DNA of 62,849 nucleotides, counting the filler, from Vannella sp. (taxonomy: Eukaryota): the NCBI GenBank assembly GCA_023345925.1. It is 6 parts of 6 records of this genome, joined end to end, with 100 filler letters (N's around TTAATTAATTAA, not from the genome) between each part and the next. Parts side by side here need not be neighbours in the genome. Positions count along the whole stretch, not along the records: positions 35,720 to 41,288 come from JAJQQN010001365.1; positions 41,389 to 46,508 come from JAJQQN010000267.1; positions 46,609 to 59,733 come from JAJQQN010000112.1; 3 more parts are not named here. One strand, 5' to 3'. Positions 35,720 to 48,222 of the stretch are shown here, piece after piece; within the stretch, counting starts at the first letter, position 1; each line of letters opens with the position of its first letter. Both the position numbers and the translations under genes were made by a program. The notes under the pieces are model-generated. The model ran no database searches. It saw nothing but the letters and a program-made list of their open reading frames with translations, and was not told the origin of the DNA.

Positions 35720-36360
35720 GGTCATCTCAGGAACGGGAAGCATTGCCCTTGGTATGAAGCCAGGGTGCGAGCCAGTGCGCGCTGGAGGTTGGGGGTGAGG
35801 CGAACCATGGCTACCCCTCAGTTCTTGTTCTTACCATGGATAGACCTGTATTTGGGGACATTGGAAGCGGCTACTGGATTGGAGAGCAGATCTTACGCTA
35901 TGTGGCCCGCGCTCGTGACGGCTTAGAGGAAGCTACGCTCCTTGATGGGTTGTTGAATGAGCAGATTGGTGACTCGGATCTACTTCGTTGGGCCTATCAC
36001 AACGAGGAGGGCAAGGGCATCGACGCCACTTGGAAGAGGTTTGCTGACCTCGCACCAATCATCTTCACAGCTCACTCCCAAGGAGACGCTGTGGCCCGCA
36101 ATATCCTCGAGCGGTCCGCCAAAGGTCTCTTTGAGATCGTCCAACGAGTACTCCAGCTCCTCGAGTCAGTGGACGAAGAAATCACTCTCGTCCTCGTCGG
36201 AGGGCTCCTCACGCACGACGACTCCCCCCTCAGCGAGCTCCTCCGAGCACAAATGGCCATCTATCCCAAAGTCCACATCACTTACCCCGTCATCCCTCCC
36301 GAACAAGCGGCTGCCCTCTTGGCCCTGAACGCCTACAAAGCCAGCAACGCCAGCAATTAA
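35720..36360 (+). CDS. N-acetylglucosamine kinase-like (BadF/BadG/BcrA/BcrD ATPase), 3' part
   Basis: VISGTGSIA, RAGGWG|PVFGDIGSGYWIG, GDAVARNIL, LVLVGGL; 5' end lost at the spacer. Confidence 0.85.
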
Positions 36361-36423
36361 ACTCTGGTTGGCGAAGAGTCATTCCTTTGGGGCTTTGGGG
36401 AGAGCGAGGGGGAGCGTTCGAGG

Positions 36424-39400
36424 ATGTCTTCAGAGATACACCCGTTGCTTGGCCCCACGTTGGGAGCGAACAGGAGTTACGCTTCCCTTCCGAGAGTGGG
36501 AGGACTCGAGAGCTTTAAGGGAGGAGCTTCTCCGGTGGTGTTTGGAGAGGCCGCGTCTGCCTCGTTGGCGGAGTGAGTTCTCTCTTCCGAAGGGGCCTGG
36601 GCGTCCAAGGTTCACTGACGGTTGCAATGATTCTAGTACGATGCTCTCTCGCTTGGAGGAAAGGCGCTGGCGCTGTGTCATTGAACGAATCGAAGTGGAC
36701 CGAAACACTCGGGCTGATCCTCCTATCATTCGCTTTGCCCTTGGTGGTACGAACTCTCCTCCCCTCCTGGTGATAACCAAGCAAGCGTAACACTCTCTTC
36801 AAGGGCCACAGGGCCGTATTCACACGAAACGCGCGCTCTTCAAGCCTTTTCAGACGAGTGTGGGCGCGGCTGTGATTGCATTGAATCGCTTCGAGAAGGA
36901 GCTACGATGCTCCTACGCCGAGTTACACAACAATTACCTCACTATGGAACTCTTCCAAGGCGGCTCTCTTTGCTCCTCGGAGCGCTACATGGGCTACACG
37001 CATCTTTGTCTTCGAAACGTCGCTGAAGCCTCCACGAAACAGACTGTAAGCTTCCGTGTTGATACTGCTGATGGTAGACAACGCGTAATGGGACGTATGT
37101 CATTCCGCCTGCGGTTTGAGGAGGTGCTGCACGTGCGAGTTCAACTGCTTCAGTGGCAGGGCATGAAACTCCCTCACTCACCAGTAGAGGCGCCCATAGA
37201 TCCCTCTAATGACTCTTTCTCATCCCGTTCCTCGATCTTCTCAGCCTTGGATGAGCCAGTGAAGGAAGCAATGGAGGAATATCCGTTCCGCCACATCATC
37301 TTTCGCATTGGTAACAACCCGCCTTCTGCCATGCTGGTGTCATCCAACCCTCAGTTTCCCCGTTGGAAAGAACCAGCCATTGTGACGTTCACTGGCACCA
37401 TGGTCGCCTTCCAGAACTCCATTCTGCTCGCGCAAGTGTATGCCAGTGCCACTGCAGAGGAAAAGGGCATTTATCTTGGGTACTCTGTTGTTCCCCTCAT
37501 CAGTGTCACTGAAGTTCCGTTCGCGCGAGCTCCTTTGGTGATGGATGTGATGGAGCGCGCAGGAAGTCCTTTGGAAGAGAACCGCATTGTGGGGATGCGG
37601 ACAGTAGGATGGCTGGAGGGTTATGTTTACTTGGCCTCTGAACTGTCTCTCTATCAGCAACTCAACGCTCCCCGCACAAAGAGAGAAGGGCACGTCTACA
37701 TGGTAGTGAGTTTAGATGCCATCACAGGGTTGCCATCGGGAGTCCACGATCACTTCTTCTTCTCCGTGGAGTGGCGTGATTATGTACTCCACAGCAAGAT
37801 TTACGCCAAGCAAGGCAGTGCCTCTCTTACCTTAGATGAGCAACTCCTAATGCCCCTCCACATGGCCGAAGTGTCGAATTCCGATTCCAAATGGAGGGAA
37901 CAGGCTCTATCTATACAGGTCTACGATTGTCCGAAGCGCAGTGAACACTGTCGGACTTACGTGGGAGGATTGGAAGTACCAGTTGCTGGCATTATTGCCA
38001 AGCTAAGTGGATCCATTGCTCGGAGCTCTGGTGTGTCCTCAAGGCGACTCTTCCGCGCCTCACTTCCTCTCAGTTTCTTGGGGCAGAGGACAACTTGTAC
38101 CGTTGAGTTTACTGTTTGGTTTGACCCTGATGTGGATCGTCAATTTAGTTCCCGTGGGCCCTCACCGCAATTGAGTGTCAACGGAGGACTTGAAGAAGAA
38201 GGGTGGAGTCTCACTGATAGTCTTCGCTCATTCCAAGCATCAAGGGCCAGCAATCGTGATGCACTCGGAGGCATTGAAAAGGACTGGAAAGCAGCCATTC
38301 CCCACCGATTCATGCGACGACACAAGGATCGATACTTTTGCGAAATGCCTGACGAAGGTGGCATCCCTCGCTTCTTGCCCAGCTTTTTGGTCCGCCTTAC
38401 ACCCTCACCTGACTTCAACACAAGTGAATTGATAGAGAGAATCACTCAAAGAATTCAAACTACCGAGGTTCCCGCTCATTTGGCCCGCAGTCCTGCTGGC
38501 CGATTGCAGCAGTGGGCCTCTCCAAACTGTCTTGTTCGTAGCGGTGCTGCTCCTGAGCCGTCAAAGGCGTTTCTACATGTAAGGTAGTGTCTCGCTCGTA
38601 ATTTCTGCTTACCCTCTTCAGGCCAACTATCTACTCGGGATGGGAATGGACATTTATGTCTGTGTGGGAAGTACTAATGATGGAGCTGATCGAGTCTGGG
38701 TTATGTCTCGCAATTCAGATGGCTCTGTGACCCTTTGGATTCAAGACAGTGGACCTGTAACACTAGAGGACCGCTGGCAGGCAGGGAAGTTGACAGAGCT
38801 TCGGGACGAGGCAAAGAGAATGAAAGGTGCCAAATTGGATCTTTCCACCAATGCTGAGCTATTTACTGCCGGGGATGATGGAAGCTCAGTCTTCAACTTC
38901 TATGAGGGCGACCCAATCGTTGTCCCTTCTAGTTTGCTTGGACAAAGTGACCAAATTCAACTTACCAAGCCGGACGAACTGACCAACTCGAAAGAACATC
39001 AGTGCTCCTCTCTTTTACCCGCTAATGGAGATGTGCAGAGACTATTCATGGTGTTCAACCACCAAAACATCTGGGCCAATATTCAAATCCTCGACCCAAC
39101 GGTATGTTAGCCCTGCCCTCTGAATTTCCCAGCCTCACACGAATGTAGCGCATCATGTATGATTTAGATGACAAGTCTCAATGGCTGCCCTTCTTCGAGA
39201 CGCTCCCTAATCAGTCAGTTGATAGCTATTGGGGCGCCCCCTTTTACTCCCTGCGACATTTGGCGCCCCCCTTACCACGCTATCTTTCCCTCATGACAGT
39301 CATGATGCTACAGGATCATCTTTGCAACGGTCTAACACGTTGGAGAGAAGAAAAGGGACTGAGCGGGGCCCGCTTCGAAGATTCTCTGATTCCAGATGTG

Positions 39401-39715
39401 ACAGAGATTCTTCAACTCTACCAGGAGCGCTTGGAGTGTGGCATGAGCGATGAAGATTTCCGCCTCCGATTTGTGGACAAAGAGGGCATGTTGGACAGCA
39501 GCAACAGCATACCCCCAGGATATTCTGTCTCCGGACTTGAAGTGATGCACTTCCGCTTCTACGATCCTACTCGGGTCTGTCTGGACGTTTTAAAGCGTCA
39601 AACTCTTCATCATGAGACACAAGAAGCCCGCTTTGTGGTTGCTTGTCTCCTTCTACCCTACCACAACCATAGTTGTTCTCTTTGGGTTGGTTTGGTCAAG
39701 CTCCTCAGCTACTGA
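36424..39715 (+). CDS. Multi-C2-domain protein with CEP76/CC2D2A-type C-terminal domain
   Basis: C2-like beta segments; QWASP...ANYLLGMGMDIYVCVG...VWVMSR...VTLW; VFNHQNIWANIQ; YDLDDKSQWLPF; several introns; start approximate. Confidence 0.7.
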
Positions 39716-39788
39716 GATCTCAATAGCTGAAAAAGAACCATTCGACGGAAAGTCTTTAATCGAATTCGATACATATACAAAGAAGACC

Positions 39789-41288
39789 TTAAAAGTCCTC
39801 GTATTTGATGGTGTTGTTGGCAATCATTGTGTCTATGATTGGAATGATTTCCTTCACATTCCCTTCATGTTTCAGGAGGAAAGGGTGCTTAACAGATATC
39901 AGAAATGAGAATTGTGGTTTTTGAAGTGAAAGCGCTTACTTTGAGCAAATCGCGAGCACGCGGGCGAGTGCGTTGGTCCAGAATCGTGCATTGCTTGACA
40001 AAGTTCTTGAATTCAGGAGACAGTCTCTCCGGATTCTTGAAGTTTCCTCTTCCTTTTGAGGCAATGGTATACATGGCCTGACGAAGAGGTTCTTTAAAGT
40101 AGGGTGGCTCGCCTTCTACCAATTCCATAGCCAGAATACCAAGACTCCACACATCCACCTTGACACCGTACTCTTGCCCTTTCATTACCTCTGGAGGCAT
40201 CCAGCACCCAGTCCCAATCACCTCAGTCCTACTTCTCCGTTCGGGAGTGAGTTGTGCTGCAAACCCGAAATCGGCTATTGTGACAGTTAACACGTTGGAT
40301 TTCGAGAAGAGAGATTCCTTGCACACTTACTGATCTTAATCCGTCCATCTCGACCCAAGAGAACGTTGTCGCTCTTCATATCACGATGCATGACAGGATA
40401 GGACAAAGAGTGAAGATAAGAGAGCCCTTCAAGAACCTCTCGAAGTATGATAGCAACGTGTCTTTCAGTCATCACACCCCGAGCACAACGAATAAGCTCA
40501 GTCAGGTCACCAGCATCCATATACTCCATCACACACCAGAGAACATTGCCGACAATATAACTTTCGATGTAGCCCACAATGTTGGGGTGACGAGACATCT
40601 TCAAAAACATCATTTCAGCCTTCACAACGAACACTTGATTGATGCCCTGAGATAGAACCATCTTCTTAACAGCCACAGACTCCCCAGTTCGAATGTCAGT
40701 GGCCAAGCTAACTGTTCCTGAGGATCCCTGTCCAATCTCCACCTGATTGATGAACCGCCTTCGAGGATCTTCCTTGCTAATGAGTTCTTCAAGAGCACTA
40801 TAGATCTCTGGTGGGCATACTGCTGGCGCTGCTGACCTGTAGTTGCGCCCCTCCACTTTTTGGGTTCCAGGTTTCGGGGGGAGTATCGGTGGGGCTGGGC
40901 TTGAAGGCGCGCTAACAGCAGTGACAGTTCTTAACCCTTCATTGCTTTTTGCCAATGCCCTGACAGGTGGTCTGTCAGGGGGTCGACTGGGCGGCCCAAC
41001 ACTTGGAGAAGGAGTCTTTCCTGGAAGACTAGGCTTTGGTACTGTGCCACTAGGAGGTGTCATAGAACTTGTAGAAGGCTTCTGTGGGGGTGTGCTTGGT
41101 ACAGTACTTGGAGCTGGCGCAGAACTTGTGGAAGGCTTCTGCGGGGCAGGAGGAGCAGTAAAGACTGGCTTTGGGGTCGTCGGTGAGCTATCAAGCCTTG
41201 CGGGACGGTCTGGAGCTGGGCTAGTAGGCCGGGAACGGAAGGACTCTAGTACTGCAGAACTCGAAGCAGCAGCAATCCCTTCCTTGGG
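39789..41288 (-). CDS. STE20/PAK-family Ser/Thr kinase, 5' truncated
   Basis: Pro-rich linker, EDPRRRF, IGQGSSGTV, VAVKKM, HRDMKSDNVLL, DFGFAAQLT, GEPPY. Confidence 0.9.
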
Positions 41289-41388
41289 NNNNNNNNNNNN
41301 NNNNNNNNNNNNNNNNNNNNNNNNNNNNNNNNTTAATTAATTAANNNNNNNNNNNNNNNNNNNNNNNNNNNNNNNNNNNNNNNNNNNN
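41289..41388. other. Artificial contig spacer
   Basis: N44-TTAATTAATTAA-N44. Confidence 0.97.
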
Positions 41389-41635
41389 AGACCACAGCAT
41401 CCAAGTCCATCCGCTTCAACGCGATGTCTAAGACAAAGGGCGTGCCTTTGATGACGTAGTGCACGTTTCGCTGCTGCCCATTCTCAACGACCGTATCCAC
41501 CTCGTACGAGTGCTGGCGAGTGATAGAGAGTTTGTACACACCCTCACACGTGATGCCCACACTCCCACTTGCACTAACACGGTGAGGAACAAACGGAGCA
41601 GCCTTGCCGACGGGAAGCCTCCCCGACAAGTGCAT
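41389..41635 (-). CDS. CudA-like transcription factor, 5' fragment
   Basis: KLSITRQHSYE...VHYVIKGTPFVLDIAL resembles the start of the amoebozoan CudA core (recalled as HVVVKNTPF); cut by the spacer. Confidence 0.5.
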
Positions 41636-41711
41636 GCGAGCGGGCTCGCAGAAAAAGGAAGGAGCTTCATCAAAACACGTCCCTTGGAACCAGCAACAAT
41701 CTCTGTGGGGA

Positions 41712-42598
41712 ATGGCGCATCTGTGGGTGGTTGTCGGTGCGTCTCGCGGGTTTGGCTTGGAGCTGTGGCGGCGTGTGCTGGAAGTGGACACACATAGTCA
41801 CGTAGCGTTGTTTAGTCGCTCTCCAATAGCTGATGTACCGGATAGTGAGCGTATCTCTTTCACTTCTCTGGACTTAGCCGACATGGACTCGTTGGAGAGC
41901 ACCTTTTTGGGTGCTTTGACTAAGGTACGAGGTCCTTCGGGTACTTTGGGAAGTTCTGATCGTTCCTTGGTAGTTGCAAACACCGTGGGAGCGAGTTACT
42001 CTCGTTTTAGTGGCTGCTGTTCTCGGTCCGTTGATCCCCGTTCGCAAGATGGAGCTATCGGCTGTTCAGCAGACTATCAACACCAACTTGACTTCCCGCT
42101 TCACTCTTAGCAAGGTCTTCTTCGACCACTTTGCCTCTGTGTACGAGTGAACTCCTCCACCCGCCTTTCTCATTCTCGTGGGGTCCAGCAAGGCAAAGAC
42201 GCTCGTAGACATCTCTTCTGGTGTTCGTAGTAGTGGAGGAGAGAACTGGGGACTCTACTGCTGCACCAAGGCCGCGAACGTGATCCTTCTTGAGAGTCTC
42301 TCGAAGGAGCAGCCTGAAAGTCGGGTGTTGAGTTACTCTCCTGGTATCATGCGTACTCAAATGCAAGAAGAGATAAGCCAAAGCTCTGACAGCGGCTTCA
42401 AAAGCTTCCTTGGACAAGTTCTCGACGCTAACAAGGAAGTGCCGGTCATAGAGTCTGTCAACTTCCTTCTCCAAGTCCTCAAAGAAGACACCTTCGAGGT
42501 GAGCGCCTCTCTTTCCCTCTCCTCCTCTCTTCTCATCATCAGGATAGTCCGGGGCCTTCATCGACATCTACACGTCCCGAGGACCACCTTTAGGCTAA
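41712..42598 (+). CDS. Short-chain dehydrogenase/reductase (sepiapterin/benzil reductase-like)
   Basis: VGASRGFG, VDISSG, WGLYCCTKAA (YxxxK), SYSPGIMRTQMQ; three introns. Confidence 0.85.
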
Positions 42599-42664
42599 TA
42601 AAGGCGACGTACAACACCCAAAGCCTTCACTTTTAGCTGTACGGGTCTCGAGGGGGACGTACGG

Positions 42665-44325
42665 ATGCTTCGATCGGCTTGGATAGGATCGAGAGGCGTT
42701 AGAGCGCCCGTGTGGACGTACCAGAGGGTGAAAGGGAGACGAGAGACGGTACTCTTTCGCACTGTGCAGAGTGGGGCCGGTGGAGAGGAGGCAGGGGCGC
42801 TGAATGGCCTCCCTGGCCAAGGACGCACGCTGCAGATGCAGAAGACCTTTATGGACGTTAAGAAGCTTCGTTCTATCCTCAAGGAACGTTCCTTCTACGG
42901 TGCCATGGCCTCCAAGCATTCCCAGGTCGGGAGGACGACGATAAGCAGCGAGGAGAAGATTAACCTTCGCGTAGATGAAACAGGACTCAGATAGCTCGAC
43001 CAACCGAAAGCTAGAACACATCAGAATACGAAAGAGACCTAGTGTGAGGGAAAGGAAGGGTGTAGGACCAGTGTATCACTTCGAGATCAACCGTGAGAGT
43101 TCCCTCGACATCTTTTGACCCAACTGATAGCTAGATAGAGTCTACCAAGGCTCAGTTAGCTCGGGAATGCAATCTATACCTTCGTGACCTTCGCTCGTTC
43201 ACCCAGTTGGACGCAAACTCGCGTCAGGTGGCCACAATCATCGTCCATCCGGAAGCCGTGGTGGTCCACATAGGGCCTTTGCAGGCCATTGTCATGCGGG
43301 ACCAGGTGTTCTGCTTCAACATATACCACCCCTTGACTGTATCTCTAGTCAGTCACTGGCCCTCCAAGTACGGACGGGCCACAACGGACTCGCGCTTTCA
43401 CGAACTGCGTTGTTTGGAGGTTCTCTTGCTCGAACTCATTCATTACTTGGAGTGGAGGTTCAACCAACTTGCGCCAGAGCTGTGCGATCTTCTGGAGGGC
43501 GTTCTGTCCACCCAAACGCCAGAGCAGTTGCAAGACCTCCTCGAGTCTTCCCTCCGTCTGAATGACTTTCACGAGGAGGTAGGACAAGTGGCTGTGGAGC
43601 TTGGTAAGCTTTTAAATAGTGACGAGGACATGGCTGGTCTCTATCTGACCCCCAATCGAGCCACTGGGGAGCACGAAGAGGCAGAATTACTTCTCGAGGC
43701 ACTCGACCACACCGTGAGGGACCTCCTCTTGTCCATAGCGGTTACTGATACGATCCACAGGTCTCAGAGATTGATAACCGACTGAAGCACTATCAGAACC
43801 GCCTGCGGATGACCGAGGAATACATCAAAATCCACTTTGACGGGTAAGTCAGAATGTCAATAGTGTGAGCAAAGTCAGAAGAGCTGATCCTAAGCTTGAC
43901 CCCTTAGGCAACGGAATCTCTTGATGCGTATCTCTCTACTAGTGAGTTTGGCAGCTCTCTCCGTCTCCACAGGAGCGTTTGGAGCGGGAGTATTCGGGAT
44001 GAATCTGTTGAGCGGTCACGAAACGAACCCGGAACTGTTCCATCAAGTGACAGGCTCCTTGATAGGAGGTTCTGTGGGGCTATTCGCTTTGATCTACACG
44101 TACTACTCGAAGACGAAGCAGCCTCTCAGTACATGCTCCCGCCTTTCTGTGAGCGTCACCCAGATGAGGTCCGATCACAAGTCCCATCGCCTCTTCGCCC
44201 ATTCAGACCGATCCAAACTGCTTTACAACTATCAGTCCTCTGCTATTGAGGACAAGGAGCAATACGAACGGTTCCTACGAAGCAACCAGGCCGACTCTCT
44301 GAGTAACTTCCGCTCGCCTTTATAA
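42665..44325 (+). CDS. MRS2: Mitochondrial Mg2+ transporter MRS2 (CorA family)
   Basis: LYLRDLR, FHELRCLE, LLNSDEDMAGLYLT, EEAELLLE, RNLLMR, GVFGMNL plus two TM helices; Arg-rich presequence. Confidence 0.88.
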
Positions 44326-44386
44326 ACCGCCGTTCTCTTCAGCAGAGCCAAGGGGATGGCGGAGGGCCACGGATTGGTATTACTTC

Positions 44387-46294
44387 TCACTCAAGAGTGG
44401 AGAAAAGGAGAGCCTGAGTGCCTTCCAGCTTGGGCTTGACGGATTGAAGAAGGTCTTGGACTTCAGTGTGGAGGCGGCACAGGTCAGAAGGGGAGATCTC
44501 GAAGATATTGGGATACTCGAAGCGAGGAGGATGGCGCTCTTTGCGGGGGAGGATGAAGCGGCTGTGAATGCTCTCTTTAAAGTCATCCTTGTCCATGTTC
44601 TCCCAAACCAGATACTCCAAAGCACGGGCCTCGCGCAGGGAAAGGGTCTTCCCTTCCTTGTGCATGGTATCAGCAAGGACAATCCCATACGATGAGGACT
44701 TGCTCATCTTTTCGAAGGCACGAGAAGCCAGTGACCCTTCCACGTCCTTTGATGAGAGGACTCTTGCCACGACATCCTCCAGGGATAGATCAGCTCCAAA
44801 GAGCTCATCGAACAAAGGAAGGGAGTGTCGAGGGGCTTCTGGCTCTACAGCATAGCGTTGAAGGGCGTCTTGAACAGCGCTTTCGTCTCCTTCGACCACT
44901 GCGTCCAACAGGACCTCTTTCAGCTCCTCCATCTTAGCAGAAGGGACCAAATGGTCAGTCAGACCAAAGTGCTTTGCTTCATTCCCGTTCAGATCCAAAG
45001 CTGCGATCGCCATTGCTCTTCCCACGCTGCCAAGGCGAGCCAAGTCGTATGTCCCAGCCACGTCAGGGCAGGCGCCAAGCTCTATCTCGGGCATGACGAA
45101 GACTGTTTCAGGACTGCAGATCTTGTGGCTACAGCTGTTAAAGACGCCCAAGCCACCTCCACCGAGGATCTTTCCTCCAAAGAAGAAGACTCTGGTCTTC
45201 AGTTGGGTTCGCATGTACTCGTGCCAAAGGTACTCTTGCTCAAGGAACTCTGTGAACTGGGCAGGAGTCTCGGTGAGGGCTTTGTAGAGCTTCTTAATGT
45301 CACCTCCAGACACATCGCCGGCTAAGAAGAGGGCTTGGACGGTCTTATCGTCCTGCACTTGACGAGCAATGTCCAAGAAGGCGTTGATTTGAGTTGTGTC
45401 GATGCCAAGAGACTTGAATTCACCATAAACGACCTTCCGATCAGTGCGGCCCCACTCTTCCAGCCGATACTTCTCAAGGAAGCGCCTCATTCCAAGAGCA
45501 CCTCCAGCAAAGGTTTCTCCAAAGCCTCGAGACTCTTCCTTGCACACCTCGTCGAGATCCCCTGTCTCGCTAAAGCGCACCATCGCCACGTTCTTGCGTA
45601 CAACACTTGGCTTCTTTCTGGCAATGGTAAGGGCGTCTTTGAAGGCTCTAGCGACTGTAGCATTTGGGTCAGGATCGCTTACTACCTCAGTGATGAGGCC
45701 ATGTTGTAAAGCGTCGGCGAGATCGATCTTTTCGCTCAAGAGTTGAGCCCGGAGAGCGAGGGAGCTTCCAAGGAAGCGTGGAAGGAGGTAGGTGCCTCCG
45801 AAGGATTGGTACGTATCTAGTTCTACTTCAGGAGCTTGAAGGAGAGCCTTGGGTCCTGAGTAGCGGATGTCGCTGTGCATGAGAAGCTCCAATCCTCCTC
45901 CAATCGCGAACTTTGTTGTAAAGCCAACAATAGGACTTCCCGTGTCTCTGAGTCTGCGGAAGGCTGACTTTGCGCGGTTGGCGTACGCTTCCGACTGTTC
46001 TGGTGATTGGGCCTGCATCTCCTTGATGTTTGCTCCAGCAACATCGCATCGCAGAACAATGCACCGAGGGGGATTGGCCTCAAATGCACTTGCGACAGCC
46101 TCGAAGTCGCTGAGCATCTCAGAGCGAAGCGCGTTGACCGGTGGGTTGTTTGGTTCCAGGTAGAACACTTGCCCTGCAGTGCGGGACACCTTCAAGTACT
46201 TGAGTCCCTCAATACCTGCGTCATGCAGGCGGGGAATGAAGTGGGACTGCCTCACCCAAGTGCGCACCCGCAGCGAAGAGCGAAGGACCTGCAT
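44387..46294 (-). CDS. Fused enoyl-CoA hydratase + 3-hydroxyisobutyryl-CoA hydrolase (tandem crotonase domains), likely mitochondrial
   Basis: Domain 1: PPVNAL, GANIKEM, AIGGGLEL, APEVEL. Domain 2: GGDIK, GGGGLG, VMPEIELGACPDVAG, DFKESI. One uninterrupted 635-aa ORF. Confidence 0.85.
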   Translation of the reverse strand: MQVLRSSLRVRTWVRQSHFIPRLHDAGIEGLKYLKVSRTAGQVFYLEPNNPPVNALRSEMLSDFEAVASAFEANPPRCIVLRCDVAGANIKEMQAQSPEQSEAYANRAKSAFRRLRDTGSPIVGFTTKFAIGGGLELLMHSDIRYSGPKALLQAPEVELDTYQSFGGTYLLPRFLGSSLALRAQLLSEKIDLADALQHGLITEVVSDPDPNATVARAFKDALTIARKKPSVVRKNVAMVRFSETGDLDEVCKEESRGFGETFAGGALGMRRFLEKYRLEEWGRTDRKVVYGEFKSLGIDTTQINAFLDIARQVQDDKTVQALFLAGDVSGGDIKKLYKALTETPAQFTEFLEQEYLWHEYMRTQLKTRVFFFGGKILGGGGLGVFNSCSHKICSPETVFVMPEIELGACPDVAGTYDLARLGSVGRAMAIAALDLNGNEAKHFGLTDHLVPSAKMEELKEVLLDAVVEGDESAVQDALQRYAVEPEAPRHSLPLFDELFGADLSLEDVVARVLSSKDVEGSLASRAFEKMSKSSSYGIVLADTMHKEGKTLSLREARALEYLVWENMDKDDFKESIHSRFILPRKERHPPRFEYPNIFEISPSDLCRLHTEVQDLLQSVKPKLEGTQALLFSTLE

Positions 46295-46508
46295 CGAACA
46301 AGTCTAAGAAAATGAAGAAAATGAAATCTTTAGTTCAACATGGTGGAATGATCAAATCTAAGCAAGGACATTGTGAGAAGGACCAGCCATGGGGGTGAAA
46401 GTGGGATTCTCGAAAGCGGCGACGCTGCTTCCAGTTTCTTGCATGAGAGCGGAAAGAGGCTCTGGAGGCTCCTTCTTGGTGTTGTTTACTCCAACAACGA
46501 CAGCAAAG

Positions 46509-46608
46509 NNNNNNNNNNNNNNNNNNNNNNNNNNNNNNNNNNNNNNNNNNNNTTAATTAATTAANNNNNNNNNNNNNNNNNNNNNNNNNNNNNNNNNNNN
46601 NNNNNNNN
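46509..46608. other. Artificial contig spacer
   Basis: N44-TTAATTAATTAA-N44. Confidence 0.97.
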
Positions 46609-46722
46609 TACCAGCGATAAAGACTAATCCGAGAGCAAACCCCCCCCGCTGAAGTTCGGTTCTATGTAGCCGGAGATCAAAATCGGGTTCGCTAGAATGT
46701 TGAAGTGTTATTTCTTCTCAGC

Positions 46723-48171
46723 ATGTCCACCACCCAGACTGAGACCGTGTTCAAGGTGACTCTCCCCCCCAACAACGACTTCAAGGTTGCCGATATCACT
46801 CAGGCTGAGTATGGCCGAAAGGAACTCGATATTGCTGAGATCGAGATGCCCGGTCTTATGCAGACCCGTGAGAAGTACGGCGCTGAGCAGCCCCTTAAGG
46901 GAGTCCGCCTTATGGGATCCCTCCACATGACCATCCAAACCGCTGTCTTGATCGAGACTCTTCAAGCTCTCGGTGCTGAGGTCCGTTGGTGCTCATGCAA
47001 CATCTTCTCCACCCAAGATCACGCTGCTGCTGCTGTTGCCGCCGCTGGTACCTCCGTCTTCGCCTGGAAGGGAATGTCCGACGTCGAGTATTGGGACTGC
47101 ACTTGGAACGCCCTCAACTTCGCCGACGGCTTGGGCCCTCAGATGATCGTTGATGACGGTGGTGATGCCACTCTTCTGGTTCACCGTGGTTACGCTGCTG
47201 AGGATGATCCCTCCATTCTCGAAAACGACGAAGGCAACGCCGAGATCCGCTGCGTCAACAACCTCCTCAAGCGCATTGCTGTTGAGAAGGGCCCTCAATA
47301 CTGGCACTCTGTTGTTCCCCAGATCAAGGGTGTCTCTGAGGAGACCACCACTGGTGTCCACCGTCTCTACCAGATGATGGCTCAAGGCAAGCTCCTCTTC
47401 CCCGCCATCAACGTCAACGACTCTGTCACCAAGAGCAAGTTCGACAACATCTACGGATGCCGCCACTCTCTTGTGGACGGTATCATGCGTGCTACGGACG
47501 TTATGTTGGCCGGTAAGGTCGCTGTCGTCTGCGGTTACGGACAAGTCGGAAAGGGATCTGCTGAGTCCCTCCGTGCTCAAGGTGCCCGTGTGATCGTCAC
47601 CGAGATCGATCCCATCTGCGCTCTCCAAGCCAGTATGGCCGGCTTCCAAGTCCTCCGACTTGACGAGACCTTCACTGAGACTGAGATCTTCGTCACCGCC
47701 ACTGGTAACAAGAACATCATCATGGCTGAGGATATGGCTCGCATGCGCAACCAAGCTATCGTCTGCAACATTGGTCACTTCGACAACGAGATCGACGTTG
47801 CTGGTCTTGAGGCTTACCCCGGCATCAAGAAGATCAACATCAAGCCTCAGGTCGACAAGTACGTCTTCCCTGATGGCCACAGCATCATCTTGTTGGCCTC
47901 TGGTCGCCTGGTGAACCTCGGTTGCGCCACTGGCCACCCTTCTTTCGTCATGTCCAGCTCCTTCACCAACCAGACTCTGGCTCAGATCTCTCTGTGGAAG
48001 GAGGACTACAAACTCGGCGTCTACGTCCTCCCCAAGAAGCTGGACGAGGAAGTCGCTCGCCTCCACTTGGGCAAGTTGGGCGCTCACTTGACCGTCCTCA
48101 CCCCCGAGCAGGCTGATTACATCGACCTTCCCATCGACGGCCCTTACAAGACCAACCAATACCTCTACTAA
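46723..48171 (+). CDS. AHCY: S-adenosylhomocysteine hydrolase, intronless, strong codon bias
   Basis: [62 protein letters not shown]. Confidence 0.98.
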   Translation: MSTTQTETVFKVTLPPNNDFKVADITQAEYGRKELDIAEIEMPGLMQTREKYGAEQPLKGVRLMGSLHMTIQTAVLIETLQALGAEVRWCSCNIFSTQDHAAAAVAAAGTSVFAWKGMSDVEYWDCTWNALNFADGLGPQMIVDDGGDATLLVHRGYAAEDDPSILENDEGNAEIRCVNNLLKRIAVEKGPQYWHSVVPQIKGVSEETTTGVHRLYQMMAQGKLLFPAINVNDSVTKSKFDNIYGCRHSLVDGIMRATDVMLAGKVAVVCGYGQVGKGSAESLRAQGARVIVTEIDPICALQASMAGFQVLRLDETFTETEIFVTATGNKNIIMAEDMARMRNQAIVCNIGHFDNEIDVAGLEAYPGIKKINIKPQVDKYVFPDGHSIILLASGRLVNLGCATGHPSFVMSSSFTNQTLAQISLWKEDYKLGVYVLPKKLDEEVARLHLGKLGAHLTVLTPEQADYIDLPIDGPYKTNQYLY

Positions 48172-48222
48172 GCCTTTCGAGTTGTGCCATAAACCCTTTT
48201 GACGATCCCATTCTCCTCTTTC

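Noticed and set aside
41060..41150. Direct repeat agaacttgtrgaaggcttctg
   Set aside because: Two copies of a coding PQKPSTSS unit in the PAK Pro-rich linker; not CRISPR-like.
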